NCBI GenBank assembly: GCA_027319585.1
Contig: DAHVMY010000002.1
Location: 27,155 to 91,154, forward strand
DNA from: Candidatus Dormiibacterota bacterium
GTDB lineage: Bacteria; Chloroflexota; Dormibacteria; Aeolococcales; Bog-877
Reading direction: 5' to 3'
Length of the DNA: 64,000 nucleotides
Shown here: one piece after another, positions 1 through 10,914 of the stretch
How the letters are laid out: the number at the start of each line of letters is the position of its first letter
How positions within the stretch are numbered: the first letter of the stretch is position 1
The notes under the pieces: model-generated
What the model was told of the DNA's origin: nothing
Databases searched by the model: none
What the model saw: only the letters and a program-made list of their open reading frames with translations
Program-made: the position numbers and the translations under genes

Positions 1-846
1 CTGGCTGGCCCCTACCAGCTTGTCCCCGCTGCAGAACAAAAGGTCGACCCCGGCCTTCACGCTCGCTAGGAGACGGTCCTCTGGCTGGGTCGCGACCTCC
101 GCCGCGGGGATCAGCCCGCTGCCCACATCCTCCAGCAGGAGGAGTCGCCGCTGGTGGGCGGCGCGGGCCAGCTCCCGCACGGAGGGCCGCTCCACGAACC
201 CTTCCATGCGGAAATTGGATTGATGCACCCGCAGCCAGGCGGCGGTGCGAGGACCACAGGCGTCCTCGTAGTCGCTGGGCCGGGTTCGGTTGGTGGTACC
301 GACCTCCCGGAGCCGTGCCCCCGACAGGCGCAGGATGTCGGGGATTCGGAAGCCTCCGCCGATCTCGATGGCCTCACCCCGCGACACCACCACCTCATGC
401 CCCCGGCAGAGGGCCGCCAGCCCCAGCAGCACCGCCGCGGCCCCGTTGTTGACCACCAGCGCACCCTCCGCGCCGGAGAGGGAGCACAGCAGCTCGGAGA
501 GCAGGTCCTGGCGGTCGCCCCTGCGCCCCGAAACAAGGTCCAACTCAAGATTGGAGTAGCCTGCGGCGAGCTCGGCCGCTCGTCGCGCCGCGGCCACCCC
601 CAGCGGCGCTCGGCCCAGGTTGGTGTGGATCACGACACCGGTCCCATTCACGACCCGCCGGAGCCGGCGGGGAGCCCGCGCGACCCCCGCGGTGGCGCGC
701 CGCACCACCCAGTCCTCAGCGGTCAGCGGCCCGAGGACGCATGGGTCCCGTAGGGCCCGCAACTCCGCGACCGCGGCACGGATGGCGGCGACGGTCGCCC
801 CGCGACCGTGCTCTGCGGCCAGCTGACGCACATCATCCCGAAGCAT
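1..846 (-). CDS. selA: L-seryl-tRNA(Sec) selenium transferase (SelA), N-terminal about 280 aa; the gene continues past the window start
   Basis: The reverse strand is open from an ATG (reverse complement of 844-846) to the window edge, so the ORF track omits it (no stop in the window). My translation contains the SelA hallmarks VNGTGVVIHTNLGRAPL, GGGFRIPDIL, VGTTNRT and the PLP-lysine motif CSGDKLVGASQ. These align with E. coli SelA (INLTGTVLHTNLGRA, GGAFRIPDVM, FSGDKLLGGPQAG). Confidence 0.85.
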   Translation of the reverse strand, partial: MLRDDVRQLAAEHGRGATVAAIRAAVAELRALRDPCVLGPLTAEDWVVRRATAGVARAPRRLRRVVNGTGVVIHTNLGRAPLGVAAARRAAELAAGYSNLELDLVSGRRGDRQDLLSELLCSLSGAEGALVVNNGAAAVLLGLAALCRGHEVVVSRGEAIEIGGGFRIPDILRLSGARLREVGTTNRTRPSDYEDACGPRTAAWLRVHQSNFRMEGFVERPSVRELARAAHQRRLLLLEDVGSGLIPAAEVATQPEDRLLASVKAGVDLLFCSGDKLVGASQ

Positions 847-1383
847 GAGTGCGCCGACAGCGGGGAGGTGGGGCCTCGTCCCACTCTGCCCGGGGGTAGC
901 TGAATCGTCCACCCTGTCGACTCTAGTCCCTGGTCCGACGTCGGGCCAAGGAGCTGCGCGCTGTTGGGAGGGACGCCCGTGACTCGGCGGCCCGGCGAAG
1001 CGCCGACCCCCCGTGCGCGCCGACGGCGCTGCGCGATGTCAAACTTCCCGCTCCTGTGCCACCACTGGAAAGACAGGGACCTCGCAGCGAGCGTTGTCGC
1101 AGATTTGGGCTGCCGCCGCGATTGCCGAGTCGGGCAAGAAGCCTCGGGGCCGACGGCGCCCCCGGAATCGGCCACGACACCGCGTTCATTCCACTCGGCC
1201 GAAATCGCCAACGGTCCCCAAGGTCTGCGAGAGCAGCGATGTCCAGAGAGTGACCATGCCGCCTCGGGAAGTTGGGAACCTGGCCGGGGCACTGACGGCT
1301 CCAGCCGTCGGCGGCGCCGTAGGGGAGCCGTGGATGAGTGTTCGCCAGGGTGAATCCCGCGGTAGGGGCACGGCGAATCAATT

Positions 1384-1480
1384 TGGCGGGAGGCGAGGGG
1401 AACGATCCCTCCGGGGACGCGATGTCGCGCCCCCCATCGATTTTGAAGATCGAGGGGCCCACCTGGACCCATGCACTCCC
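1384..1480 (-). tRNA. selC: candidate selenocysteine tRNA (anticodon UCA), 97 nt, ending GCCA
   Basis: Folded by hand on the minus strand. It has a 6-bp D-stem (GGGTCC/GGGCCC with one G-U) and a 4-nt D-loop. The anticodon arm is TCGAT-CTTCAAA-ATCGA, and the loop is identical to E. coli selC (CUUCAAA). There is a 9-bp variable-arm stem with a 4-nt loop. The T-stem is 5 bp (GAGGG/CCCTC). The acceptor is 5' GGGAG(T)GC paired with 3' GCCTCCC, followed by G and CCA (7 bp plus one bulged T). The T-loop ATCGTTC is non-canonical. It lies 537 nt upstream of selA on the same strand. Confidence 0.6.
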
Positions 1481-1501
1481 ATGCCGATGCTACATCAGGG
1501 T

Positions 1502-1569
1502 CGGGAGGCGGTGGCCCACTAACGGTCACGACTCCCTATCACGTGCGCCTCCCGCGTGCGCTCGGGAGC
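1502..1569. repeat. inverted-repeat set CGGGAGGCG (1502-1510) / CGCCTCCCG (1546-1554) plus a hairpin CTCCCG-n8-CGGGAG (1549-1568)
   Basis: Seen directly in the sequence. It lies immediately upstream (on the minus strand) of the tRNA-Sec candidate. The repeat shares the CGGGAGGCG / CGCCTCCCG words with the tRNA acceptor end. Confidence 0.4.
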
Positions 1570-1804
1570 ACACGCCATCTGTCAGATTCCCGCCGGCCGG
1601 CTCGAGCCCGCGCCGACCGCCGGACCACCACCCTTTGACGTTGCTCGACCGTGGCTGCCCCCTCGGACGCGGCCGGCGGGCCGCACGTCGAGGAGCCCTT
1701 CCATATCAGTGAGGCGGGCTGACGCCGACCTCGCGACCGGGGTGGCCGTCGCACGGTCAGCCCGGTAGTAACCGGCCCCTCCTGCGGCCCGTTCTGACCC
1801 CCGA

Positions 1805-3895
1805 GTGACACGCGCGATGAGCGGCTGGTCGGCGCGGGGGCCTCAATTGGCGGCAGTCGCGCTCGCGGTCCTTTCAAGTGGCTGCGCTCTGCCGCGCAAC
1901 GCTTCGACCACCGCTGGAGCGACCCACCCGATCGTGCTGCCGGCCCACCCGCCTCCCACCATCTCCGCGATCTCGTTCCCGACTGCGCGTGACGGCTGGA
2001 TGGCACTGTCCTCGTCGGGATCGGCTTCCCCCCAGACCGCCCAGTCAATCGTGACCACCAGCGATGGCGGCTCCACCTGGCACACCAGCTGGAAGGGTGG
2101 GCTGTTCCCGTTCTTCTCGACGTCCGCCGGTGCCGAGGCGGGCTGGGTCCTGGCGGGAGAGTCGCTCGCCTGCGGACAGCCGGGCACTCCCCCCGCCGAC
2201 TGCCCGTCGTCAGTGCTGCTGGCGACCGCCGATGGCGGCACCAGTTGGCACCAGCTGCCAGCGATGCCGACTCCGGTCTGGCAGGTCGCATTCGCCACCA
2301 CCGAACTCGGGATCGCTGCGACCGCGCCCAGCTGCAGGGCCGAGGCCTCCCTCTCCGGCGCCCCATGCCCCGGTGCGGTCCTGCTGACCACCGATGGTGG
2401 GGTGCACTGGAGTACCACGCTGCGGACAACTGGCTTGGTGAGCGCGATCGCGGCACGCGGCGACACCCTCTGGGCGGTGACGGGAGTCCCCGGTCTCGAA
2501 GGGGTGACCGGGTCGCCGCACCTGCTGGTGATGCGCAGCGGGGATCAGGGCGGGACGTGGACCCAGGTGGCCAGCCTGGGGCCTCTCTCCCAGATCGGTC
2601 CTGGGCTGGAGGCTCGCCTTCAACTGGGACCTGGAGGCGAGATGTGGCTCAGCTACCTGGAGCAGGACAGCTGTGCCATGCACGGGTGCTCCGTCGGCGG
2701 CTTCGAGAGCGTGGATGGCGGCCTCCGCTGGCGCGCCAACGGACCACCGGATCCCACTCCGCAGGCGGAGTGCGGTGACTTTGCGCCGCCGGGAGCGGTT
2801 GCCATCGCGCCGACCGGAACGGTGATAGGCACCTACCAGAGCAGCCTCGCCACCTGTGAGGCACCGGCGGCATTCCTTTCGAAGTTGGTCGATGGAGAGT
2901 GGCGGCCCGTCCACCGCTGGAACTTCTTCCAGCCGCGGGAGCTCACCTATCCCAGCGCCGAGGTGGGATACGGGGAGAATGGGTCCGCGCTGCTGGCGAC
3001 CCGGGATGGGGGGGCCACCTGGACCCAGGTCTGGCCCGGGCTCAGCCCCACCGGCGGGCTGGATGCCATCTCCAGCGCCATTGCCTTCGGGTACGGCAGC
3101 CTGGGCTCGGACAGCTCGGTCCTGGAGACCCGGGACTCAGGGCGGAGCTGGAGCTTGGTGAGCCAGCTCCCCACCCAGGTCCTGGCCCTGGACATGATCG
3201 GGCCCGAGGTGGGATTCGCCGCCGCCGCAGGCACAGGAGCCGCGCTCCAGTCCTTCGATCTCTACCGCACAGCCGACGGCGGTCGCAGCTGGACCATGGT
3301 CGGTCCGGGCTTCCCCCTTCAGGGCTGGGGGGTGCTCGGACTGTGGCTCACGGCGTCGGGAAGCGGTGTGGGCGCGATCGCCGGCACCGAGGAGGGGACC
3401 GGGTTGCCCTACCCGACGGGATTCTTCGCCGCCAGTGACGGCGGCCGCCGCTGGGAACCGGAGGGCAGCCTTGCCAGCGGCTACAACCTCGTCACCAGCG
3501 CGACCTTCAAGCGGCTCGGGGCAGGGCGATGGCTGGGGCTGGCAGAGGTCAATCACGGCAGGGGCACCGAGCTCGAGGAGTCGCAGGACCTGGGCCACAC
3601 CTGGTCGCTCGTGCCAGGGGCGCCGACCCGCCTGGCCGCGCTCGACCTCAGCGGGGATCGGGGATCGGTGGTCGCCGCGCAGGTCGGAGCCGGAGACAAC
3701 CCCCTTGTCCGAATCTACCTCGCCTCGACCGCCGGCGGTAAGTGGCGCCCGGCGGCGGCTCGCCCGGCCGTGGCTCGGGGCGGAGCCCTCAGCGCGCCCG
3801 ACATCTCCATCGCCAACTCGGAAACGGTGTGGCTGCTGACGGCCGGAGCGGTGTGGGAGACGACCGACGGGGGCGCGAGCTGGCGGCCGGCGTGA
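1805..3895 (+). CDS. secreted lipoprotein with at least 10 BNR/Asp-box repeats (S-x-D-x-G-x-T-W)
   Basis: A 696-aa ORF. The N-terminus has a signal peptide and lipobox (AVLSSGC). Repeats include TSDGGSTWH, TADGGTSWH, TTDGGVHWS, SGDQGGTWT, SVDGGLRWR, TRDGGATWT, TRDSGRSWS, TADGGRSWT, ASDGGRRWE and TTDGGASWR. This is the beta-propeller architecture of sialidase- or Ycf48-like proteins. Confidence 0.8.
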   Translation: MTRAMSGWSARGPQLAAVALAVLSSGCALPRNASTTAGATHPIVLPAHPPPTISAISFPTARDGWMALSSSGSASPQTAQSIVTTSDGGSTWHTSWKGGLFPFFSTSAGAEAGWVLAGESLACGQPGTPPADCPSSVLLATADGGTSWHQLPAMPTPVWQVAFATTELGIAATAPSCRAEASLSGAPCPGAVLLTTDGGVHWSTTLRTTGLVSAIAARGDTLWAVTGVPGLEGVTGSPHLLVMRSGDQGGTWTQVASLGPLSQIGPGLEARLQLGPGGEMWLSYLEQDSCAMHGCSVGGFESVDGGLRWRANGPPDPTPQAECGDFAPPGAVAIAPTGTVIGTYQSSLATCEAPAAFLSKLVDGEWRPVHRWNFFQPRELTYPSAEVGYGENGSALLATRDGGATWTQVWPGLSPTGGLDAISSAIAFGYGSLGSDSSVLETRDSGRSWSLVSQLPTQVLALDMIGPEVGFAAAAGTGAALQSFDLYRTADGGRSWTMVGPGFPLQGWGVLGLWLTASGSGVGAIAGTEEGTGLPYPTGFFAASDGGRRWEPEGSLASGYNLVTSATFKRLGAGRWLGLAEVNHGRGTELEESQDLGHTWSLVPGAPTRLAALDLSGDRGSVVAAQVGAGDNPLVRIYLASTAGGKWRPAAARPAVARGGALSAPDISIANSETVWLLTAGAVWETTDGGASWRPA

Positions 3896-4073
3896 GCCGC
3901 AGCGGCGTGTCCTTCGACGCCGGCCACGGTCGGGCCGGGCCCGCAGGACCAGGGCCTAGCGGCCCCAAGCGAGATGAGCCACTTGAAAGTTGGGAGTCGA
4001 GAGGCGTACCTTGCAAGCAGGCCATGCCCCCACCCCCTCCACGTCCCCCCCAGGGCGAACCGGCTCCTTGGTG

Positions 4074-5132
4074 ATGTCGCGCACCTTCCGTGCTCTGGCC
4101 GCCGGCGCCGTTGCGGTTGCGGCGCTCCTGGTCGCACTGACCGGGTGCGGAGGGGTTCCGGCGCATCTCCGCCCCAGACGGCGCCGTGAGTCAGCGGCGA
4201 GGCACCAGCAGGCGGGAACGGCGACGGGGGCGACTCCGCTGGCTGCGGTGGCCCTCCCCGCAGGCACCCACCTCCCTGAGGCGCTCAGGTTCAAGGGCGA
4301 GCTGGCGGCGTCGGTCACTGTCGGCTACGCGGCCCGGTGCGGGGTCTACCCGGGGTACGGGTATCTGGCGGCGCTCGAGCTGCCGCTGGCCGGTAGGGTG
4401 GCGAGCCTGACAATTCAGCTCCCCATGTTCAACGGCCCAGGCCTCTACCGGGTGGGGTCTCCCGCCGGCCTTGCGACCGCCGTCGCCACGACCCGGTTGA
4501 GCACCCTCGGAGAGGCACAGGCGGGATCGGTCGTGGTCTCGCCCGGAGGGCGGGGCGGCAGCCTGGAGCTGTATTTCGGCTCCGCCCGCCAGGGCAGCCG
4601 TGGCAATCAATACGCCGAGGTGGTGAGCGGGAACTGGACCTGTGCGCCGCCGGGGCTCAACCCGACGGTCTCGTCCTCGTTCGTGACCAACGCCTATCAG
4701 GCCCTGACCGTGAGCGGTGCCATGTCGGGGCACGTGGGAGCCGCCGATGTCCCGGGCTCGAGCCTGGTGGACGGCGCCCCGAACTGCGGTGTGTACCACA
4801 CCGCGTCCGGCGTCCACTTCAACGTCGCCATGGTGGTCGGGCTGGCCGGCCACCCCTTCATCCTGGATGTGCAGCTCCAGCAGTACCAGGGGGCGGGGCA
4901 GTACTACCCCGCCTTCACCACCGCCAGCCTGCCGATGGAGACCAACTGGGCCACGGGAGAGGTCGTTCCCGACGGGTCTGTGGGCAGCTCTGGAGCGATA
5001 CCCAGCTCAAACTGGGCGGCGGTGGGCGGGGACTTCCGCTTGGACGCCGGGCTGGACTCCGGCCTGATGGCCATCCGGTTCATGGACCGCACCGGCGCCT
5101 CGTTCGTCGTGACCGGGGCGTGGAGCTGCTGA
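4074..5132 (+). CDS. hypothetical lipoprotein
   Basis: The internal ATG at 4074 gives MSRTFRALAAGAVAVAALLVALTGCGG, a signal peptide with a lipobox. Codon usage is high in GC3. I recognised no further domain. Confidence 0.6.
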   Translation: MSRTFRALAAGAVAVAALLVALTGCGGVPAHLRPRRRRESAARHQQAGTATGATPLAAVALPAGTHLPEALRFKGELAASVTVGYAARCGVYPGYGYLAALELPLAGRVASLTIQLPMFNGPGLYRVGSPAGLATAVATTRLSTLGEAQAGSVVVSPGGRGGSLELYFGSARQGSRGNQYAEVVSGNWTCAPPGLNPTVSSSFVTNAYQALTVSGAMSGHVGAADVPGSSLVDGAPNCGVYHTASGVHFNVAMVVGLAGHPFILDVQLQQYQGAGQYYPAFTTASLPMETNWATGEVVPDGSVGSSGAIPSSNWAAVGGDFRLDAGLDSGLMAIRFMDRTGASFVVTGAWSC

Positions 5133-5245
5133 GCCCCGAGCCGCGCGCCAGGAAAGTGAGCGCGCCCCGGGGCCGCGCGCCAGGGAGCGGCCCGGCGGCC
5201 CCGCCGCCTTCTGCGATCGCGAGCGGCACCTATAATCCCAGGCCG

Positions 5246-6903
5246 ATGGACGACAAGGCGATGGTCGACCTGCTGGAGCGGGTGGGCAATCTGTTCACGT
5301 CCAGCCTCGACGTCAAGGTCAACATCGACTTCACCCTGCGGGCGCTCTCCCAGCTGGTCGAGTGCGACTCGGAGACCGTGTTCCTGCTGGACGACGAGGA
5401 GAGCCGGCTGACCGCGATGGTGACGTACCCCTACACCGAGCAGGTGGGCAGCGTGGCATCGTTCGGCCTGGGCGAGGGGATCGTGGGTTGGTCCGTCGCC
5501 GAGCGCAAGGCGGCCCGGGTCGCCGACGCGACCACCGACCCACGCTTCAAGACCCTCGCGTCGGGCACCACGCCCAAGAGCGTCATGGTGATGCCCCTGG
5601 AGTCGCCCAACCGGGTCGTGGGCGCGCTCACATTGGGGCGCAAGCAGGTCAAGCCGTTCACCGATCTGGAGCAGGCGCTGGTCCGGGTCATCGCCAACCA
5701 GGCCGCCATCAGCCTGGACAACGCGGCGCTGCATGCGTCGGCCCAGCGCCAGCTCCAGGAGATCGCACTGCAGAAGCATGAGCTGGAGGTCGCCAACGCC
5801 CAGATCCGCGAGAACAGCCGGCTGAAGAGCGAGTTCCTGGCCAACATGAGTCACGAGCTGCGCACCCCGCTCAACTCCATCCTCGGGTTCAGTGAGATCC
5901 TCAAGGACAATCTCGCCGGCAAGATGAGCCCGCAGCAGGAGCAGGAATGTCTGGAGAACATTCACTCCAGTGGACGGCACCTGCTCAATCTGGTGAATGA
6001 CGTACTCGACCTCAGCAAGATCGAGGCGGGCCGGCTGGAGCTGCAGTACGAGGAATTTCAGGTGGGCAGCTGCATCTCCGAGGTCCTGACGGTGGTCAGA
6101 CCACTGGCCGAGCGCGCCTCCGTCAACGTGGTGGTGGAGCTGGACAACGAGAGTGCGCTGCTGCGGGCGGATAAGGGGAAGTTGAAGCAGATCCTCTACA
6201 ACCTTCTGTCCAACGCCATCAAGTTCACCCCCGAAGGGGGCCAGGCGCTGGTGAAGACGCGCACCAAGCCACGGGCCGGGCAGTTGGTGCTGCAGGTCAA
6301 GGACAGCGGAATCGGCATAGCCCCCGACCATCACGAGCAGATCTTCAGCGAGTTCTTCCAGGTTCAGGCCGCCGCCGATCGGCAGTTCGAGGGGACCGGC
6401 TTGGGGCTGGCCCTGGTCAAGCGGCTGGTGGGATTGCACGGGGGCACGATCAAGGTCGACAGCCAGTTGGGCAAGGGGGCTACCTTCACCGTCACCCTGC
6501 CGCTGCGGGGGCTGCGCCCCGATGGGCAGCTCCGCAACCGGATCCTGGTCATCGAAGACAACCCCTCCAGCCTGGAGCTGTCCACCCTGGTGCTGCGGGG
6601 GCAGGGCTTCAAGGTCGACACCGCGACCGACGGGCAGGAGGGGCTGCAGATGGCCAAGGCCCACCCCTATGACCTAATCCTCATGGACATCCAGCTCCCC
6701 GGGATCGACGGGCTGACCGTGACCCGCCTGCTCAAGGCCGATCCCCGGACCGCGAGAACCCCTATCGTTGCCCTGAGCGCCCGGGCCATGCTCGGCGATG
6801 AACGCGAGGCACTGGAGGCGGGCTGCTCGGGCTACATCACCAAGCCCATAGAGGTCAAGAGCTTTCTGAACACGGTGACCGAATACCTGGAGGCACAGGG
6901 AGC

Positions 6904-6907
<4 letters not shown>
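5246..6907 (+). CDS. hybrid sensor histidine kinase (GAF, HisKA, HATPase_c and a C-terminal receiver)
   Basis: The H-box is MSHELRTPLNSILGFSEIL. The G-boxes are DSGIGIA and GTGLGLALVKRLV. The C-terminal REC domain has the phospho-acceptor in LILMDIQLPGIDG. The N-terminal GAF-like region includes GEGIVGWSV. The start was moved to ATG 5246 (MDDKAMVDLL) to avoid overlap with the upstream gene. Confidence 0.85.
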
Positions 6908-7602
<695 letters not shown>

Positions 7603-7651
7603 CGGCCGGCGACCGGTGTTCCCGGTGGGAGTGGGAGCCGTGACCGCAGGT

Positions 7652-8869
7652 TCAGAGCCGAGTCAGGCGCCAGCGGATCGACGGGGCCGGCACCGCCGCC
7701 GGGGCCCGCAGGGTGATCGTCTTTACGAACTGCCCTGAGTACAGGCGGAACTCACCCACCACCGCGCCGGCCGCGACCCGATCGGTGAGCCGACGGGGGC
7801 TGAGGGAGGTGCGCAGGGTGAGTCCCGGCCACCCCACCACCGTCAGTGAGCGGGGAGCCGGGATCGCCACTGCGGCGAGCCACGGCTGGGTCAGGGAGGC
7901 GACCTCCCCGTCCCGCGGGATCACGGTGTAGGGGCTGAGGGTGGCGAAGGTCGCGTTCACCAGCGCCACGGCGGCGTTGATGGCGTTGCCCAGCTCGGTC
8001 ACCCCACCCTGGCCCAGCACCGCGCCCACCACCGTGGTCGGGGTGCCCCCCACGGAGCGCCGCGCCGCGAACACGAAGCAGCCTCCCGCCGCCGGGGTCC
8101 AGCCGGTCTTGACCCCGATGAAGTCGTCGTGGGTGACCTGGGAGTTCACGTTGTAGGTCAGCCCCGCGACCGGCAGGGTCACCTGCGGCAGAGCGACGAT
8201 GCTGGCAAAGGTGGGGTTCTCCATCGCAACCTCGGCCAGCCGCGTCTGGTCGGCGGCGGTGCTCACCGTGGCCGCCGACACTCCGCTGGCATCCGCGTAG
8301 TGGGTGTGACGGAGTCCGAGCTTCGCCGCCATCTGGTTCATCTGCGCCACGAAGGCCGACTCGGATCCGGCGTCCCAGCTGGCCAGCAGCGAGGCGATGT
8401 TGTCGCCCGACGGTATCAAGAGCGCCTGCAGCGCCTGCAGCTCGCTGAGCTGCTCCCCGGCCGCGACCGCCACCACCGAGTCCCCAGCCGCGTTGTCAGC
8501 GTGATAGGTGGCCACGTCCTGAGCCGTCACCGTGATCTCGGGGCCGGATTCGCCGACTCCGATCGGGTGCGCCCGGAGGACCAGCAGGGCGGTCATGACC
8601 TTGGCCACCGATCCGATCGCCTCCGGCTGATTCCCGCCGTAGCTCCCCACCGTGCCCACTCCCTCCACAGCCACGGTCGCCTCCCCGGTGCTGGGCCACG
8701 GCAGCGTTGGGTTGGAGCCGGGGATCCGCACCCGGGCGGAGACGGTGCGGACCAGGTGAACCGCGGGTACGGGCCGCAGGTACTGCCCCACCGCCGCCAG
8801 CACCACAATCGCCACCACCGCGGAGACGGTCAGCTTCAGGCGGCGCAGCGTCGACGATCTGCTCTTCAT
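7652..8869 (-). CDS. D-alanyl-D-alanine carboxypeptidase (serine type, PBP5/S11-like)
   Basis: It has an SxxK motif (IGSVAKVMT) and an SGDN-type motif (IPSGDNIASLLA). The N-terminus is a signal or TM anchor. Confidence 0.8.
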   Translation of the reverse strand: MKSRSSTLRRLKLTVSAVVAIVVLAAVGQYLRPVPAVHLVRTVSARVRIPGSNPTLPWPSTGEATVAVEGVGTVGSYGGNQPEAIGSVAKVMTALLVLRAHPIGVGESGPEITVTAQDVATYHADNAAGDSVVAVAAGEQLSELQALQALLIPSGDNIASLLASWDAGSESAFVAQMNQMAAKLGLRHTHYADASGVSAATVSTAADQTRLAEVAMENPTFASIVALPQVTLPVAGLTYNVNSQVTHDDFIGVKTGWTPAAGGCFVFAARRSVGGTPTTVVGAVLGQGGVTELGNAINAAVALVNATFATLSPYTVIPRDGEVASLTQPWLAAVAIPAPRSLTVVGWPGLTLRTSLSPRRLTDRVAAGAVVGEFRLYSGQFVKTITLRAPAAVPAPSIRWRLTRL

Positions 8870-9254
8870 GGCACGCGTCGGATCAGCACCAGCATCACGT
8901 CAGCTCCAACGCGGGGCGGCCGAACTCGGTTCCGCTCGGGCGGGCATGTGCGCACGTGTCACTCCTGGCCGGGGCCGCACAGCACCGGGACCGCTTCAGC
9001 CCCGACTTGCGCAGTCCACGATAGGCGACCACCGCCGGGTCGCGCACCAGAACCGACCACCAGGTGAGCCGTCACCAGCCTCGGGACCCGATTCGACCGC
9101 CCGGGAGGCAGGCCGGTGGGCCACCCCCGGGCCCGCGGACGCGGAGCTGCGCCCGCACACCACGACAGTTTGCTGGCGTCGCGACGGTTGAGGTGGGCGA
9201 GGATGCGGTGCGGGCGGTCCGGGATGCCGTGGCGCCGGTGCCCGACCGGTTACC

Positions 9255-10415
9255 GTGGGGGGCGCAATGGACGTGCTCTGGGAGCAAGAGCCGCGCGCAA
9301 CCGGCCGACCGCTGGCTGGGGTCAGGGTGCTGGACGTCTCCAGGGTGCTGGCCGGCCCCTACTGCGCCATGCTCCTTGCCGACCTGGGGGCCACCGTGGT
9401 CAAGGTCGAGGGCCCGCAGGGGGATGAGACCAGACGCTGGGGCCCCCCCTTCGACCGGGGAACGGCCACCTACTTCTACACCGCCAACCGCAACAAGCGT
9501 TTCGTCAGCCTCGACCTCGCCAGCGAACCGGGTCAGGAACGCGTCCGCAGCCTGCTGCGGGACGCCGATGTGCTGGTTCACAACTTCACCAAGCGCGTGC
9601 TGACCAAGCTGCATCTGTCCGTCCCGGAGGTGTCCGCCCTCAATCCTCGCTGCATCCACGCGACCATCTCCGGGTTCGGCCCGGAGCAGCCCGATCGGCG
9701 CGGCTTCGACGTGATCACCCAGGCGCTGGGAGGGATGATGGCGGTCACGGGATATCCCGAAGGCTCCCCGACCAAGGTCGGAGTACCCATCTCCGATCTC
9801 GCGGCCGGGCTGTTCTCAGCGCTGGCGGTCACCGCCGCCCTGCGCGGCCGCGAGGTCACCGGCCACGCGGCAACCGTGGAGATCGCCCTGCTGGACTCGG
9901 TGATCGCTCTGCTGTCGAACCAGGCGATGTCCTGGCTGGCGGACGGGGTGGCTCCGGGACGCATGGGCAATGACCACCCCCAGGTCGCCCCCTATGGCCT
10001 CTACACGACCGGTGACGGCGACGTCGTGATTGCGGCCGGGACTGACGGCCAGTTCGCGGCGTTGGTCGCCGAGCTGGGCGATGAGGGACTGGCCGGTGAC
10101 CCTCGGTTCGCCAGCAACGCCGGCCGGGTGCAGCACCGCGATGAGCTCCGGATGGCCCTGGAGGCGCTGCTGCGGCCCCACGGGGCGATGGAGTGGCAGA
10201 CGAGGCTGGATCGGGCCGGCGTCCCCTGCGGCATGGTGCGGTCGGTGGCCGAGGTGTTCGAGGAGGTAGGAGCGCGGCTGGTCAGATCGGTGGGCGGGGT
10301 ACCTCAGGTGATGTCCCCCTTCCTCCTCGACAACGAGTACCTGCCTCCGTACCTCAGCCCGGCCCAAGCGCCGGACGCGCTCGACCCCGGCCGCAACCCC
10401 GGCGCCGTCGACTGA
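9255..10415 (+). CDS. CoA transferase, family III (CaiB/BaiF)
   Basis: The typical N-terminal LAGVRVLDVSRVLAGPYCAMLLADLGATVVKVE is present. The protein is 386 aa long. Confidence 0.85.
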   Translation: MGGAMDVLWEQEPRATGRPLAGVRVLDVSRVLAGPYCAMLLADLGATVVKVEGPQGDETRRWGPPFDRGTATYFYTANRNKRFVSLDLASEPGQERVRSLLRDADVLVHNFTKRVLTKLHLSVPEVSALNPRCIHATISGFGPEQPDRRGFDVITQALGGMMAVTGYPEGSPTKVGVPISDLAAGLFSALAVTAALRGREVTGHAATVEIALLDSVIALLSNQAMSWLADGVAPGRMGNDHPQVAPYGLYTTGDGDVVIAAGTDGQFAALVAELGDEGLAGDPRFASNAGRVQHRDELRMALEALLRPHGAMEWQTRLDRAGVPCGMVRSVAEVFEEVGARLVRSVGGVPQVMSPFLLDNEYLPPYLSPAQAPDALDPGRNPGAVD

Positions 10416-10464
10416 CCACCGCACCCACTCGCGGAGCGGTGCCCTCTCGATCCGCAGGCCCAGC

Positions 10465-10914
10465 GTGGGCGCTGCGACTGGCTCTATATTGGGCGAGCCC
10501 ATGGGATTCAACCCAGACTGTCTCGGCAAGACCTATCAAGCGGACTGGCAGAAGGTGGATCGGCCGCGCCACCGCGCCTATCTGGCCGCGGTGACCGGGC
10601 GCGAGGACGCACCGGAGCCGAGTCGGCCGCTGGCGTGCTTCGCCGCGGTGTACCTGCTGTGGCCGATCGTCCCGCTGGTCTTCTCCGACCCCGAGGTCGG
10701 GCTCGATCTGCCCCGCCTGCTTCATGGGGAGCAGGAGTTCTGGTTCGAGCGGCCGGCCGCCTTCGAGGAGGAACTCCTTCCGTTCGGCACCATCACCAGG
10801 GCAGAGGAGCGGCGGGGGATGGTGTTCTTGGAGCTGGTCTGCGACGGCCGGGCGCGGGACGGATCCGAGGTCGCCCACTCCCGGAGCCTGTTCTTGGTGC
10901 GGGGCCCAGGATGA
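10465..10914 (+). CDS. MaoC-N-terminal-like hotdog-fold protein (HadA/UPF0336-like dehydratase subunit)
   Basis: It is a hotdog-like small protein whose stop overlaps the start of the next MaoC gene (ATGATGG at 10911-10914). An alternative start exists at ATG 10501 (MGFNPDC). Confidence 0.6.
   Translation: MGAATGSILGEPMGFNPDCLGKTYQADWQKVDRPRHRAYLAAVTGREDAPEPSRPLACFAAVYLLWPIVPLVFSDPEVGLDLPRLLHGEQEFWFERPAAFEEELLPFGTITRAEERRGMVFLELVCDGRARDGSEVAHSRSLFLVRGPG

Noticed and set aside
4904-6664. 586-aa reverse-strand ORF
   Set aside because: It lies entirely antisense to the well-supported histidine-kinase gene. It has a low-complexity Gly/Pro/Arg-rich translation, as expected for shadow frames in 70% GC DNA.
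9064-9603. 179-aa plus-strand ORF spanning the dacB/CoA-transferase intergenic region
   Set aside because: It overlaps the start of the CoA-transferase gene out of frame and has a Pro/Arg-rich translation. It is probably a divergent promoter region.
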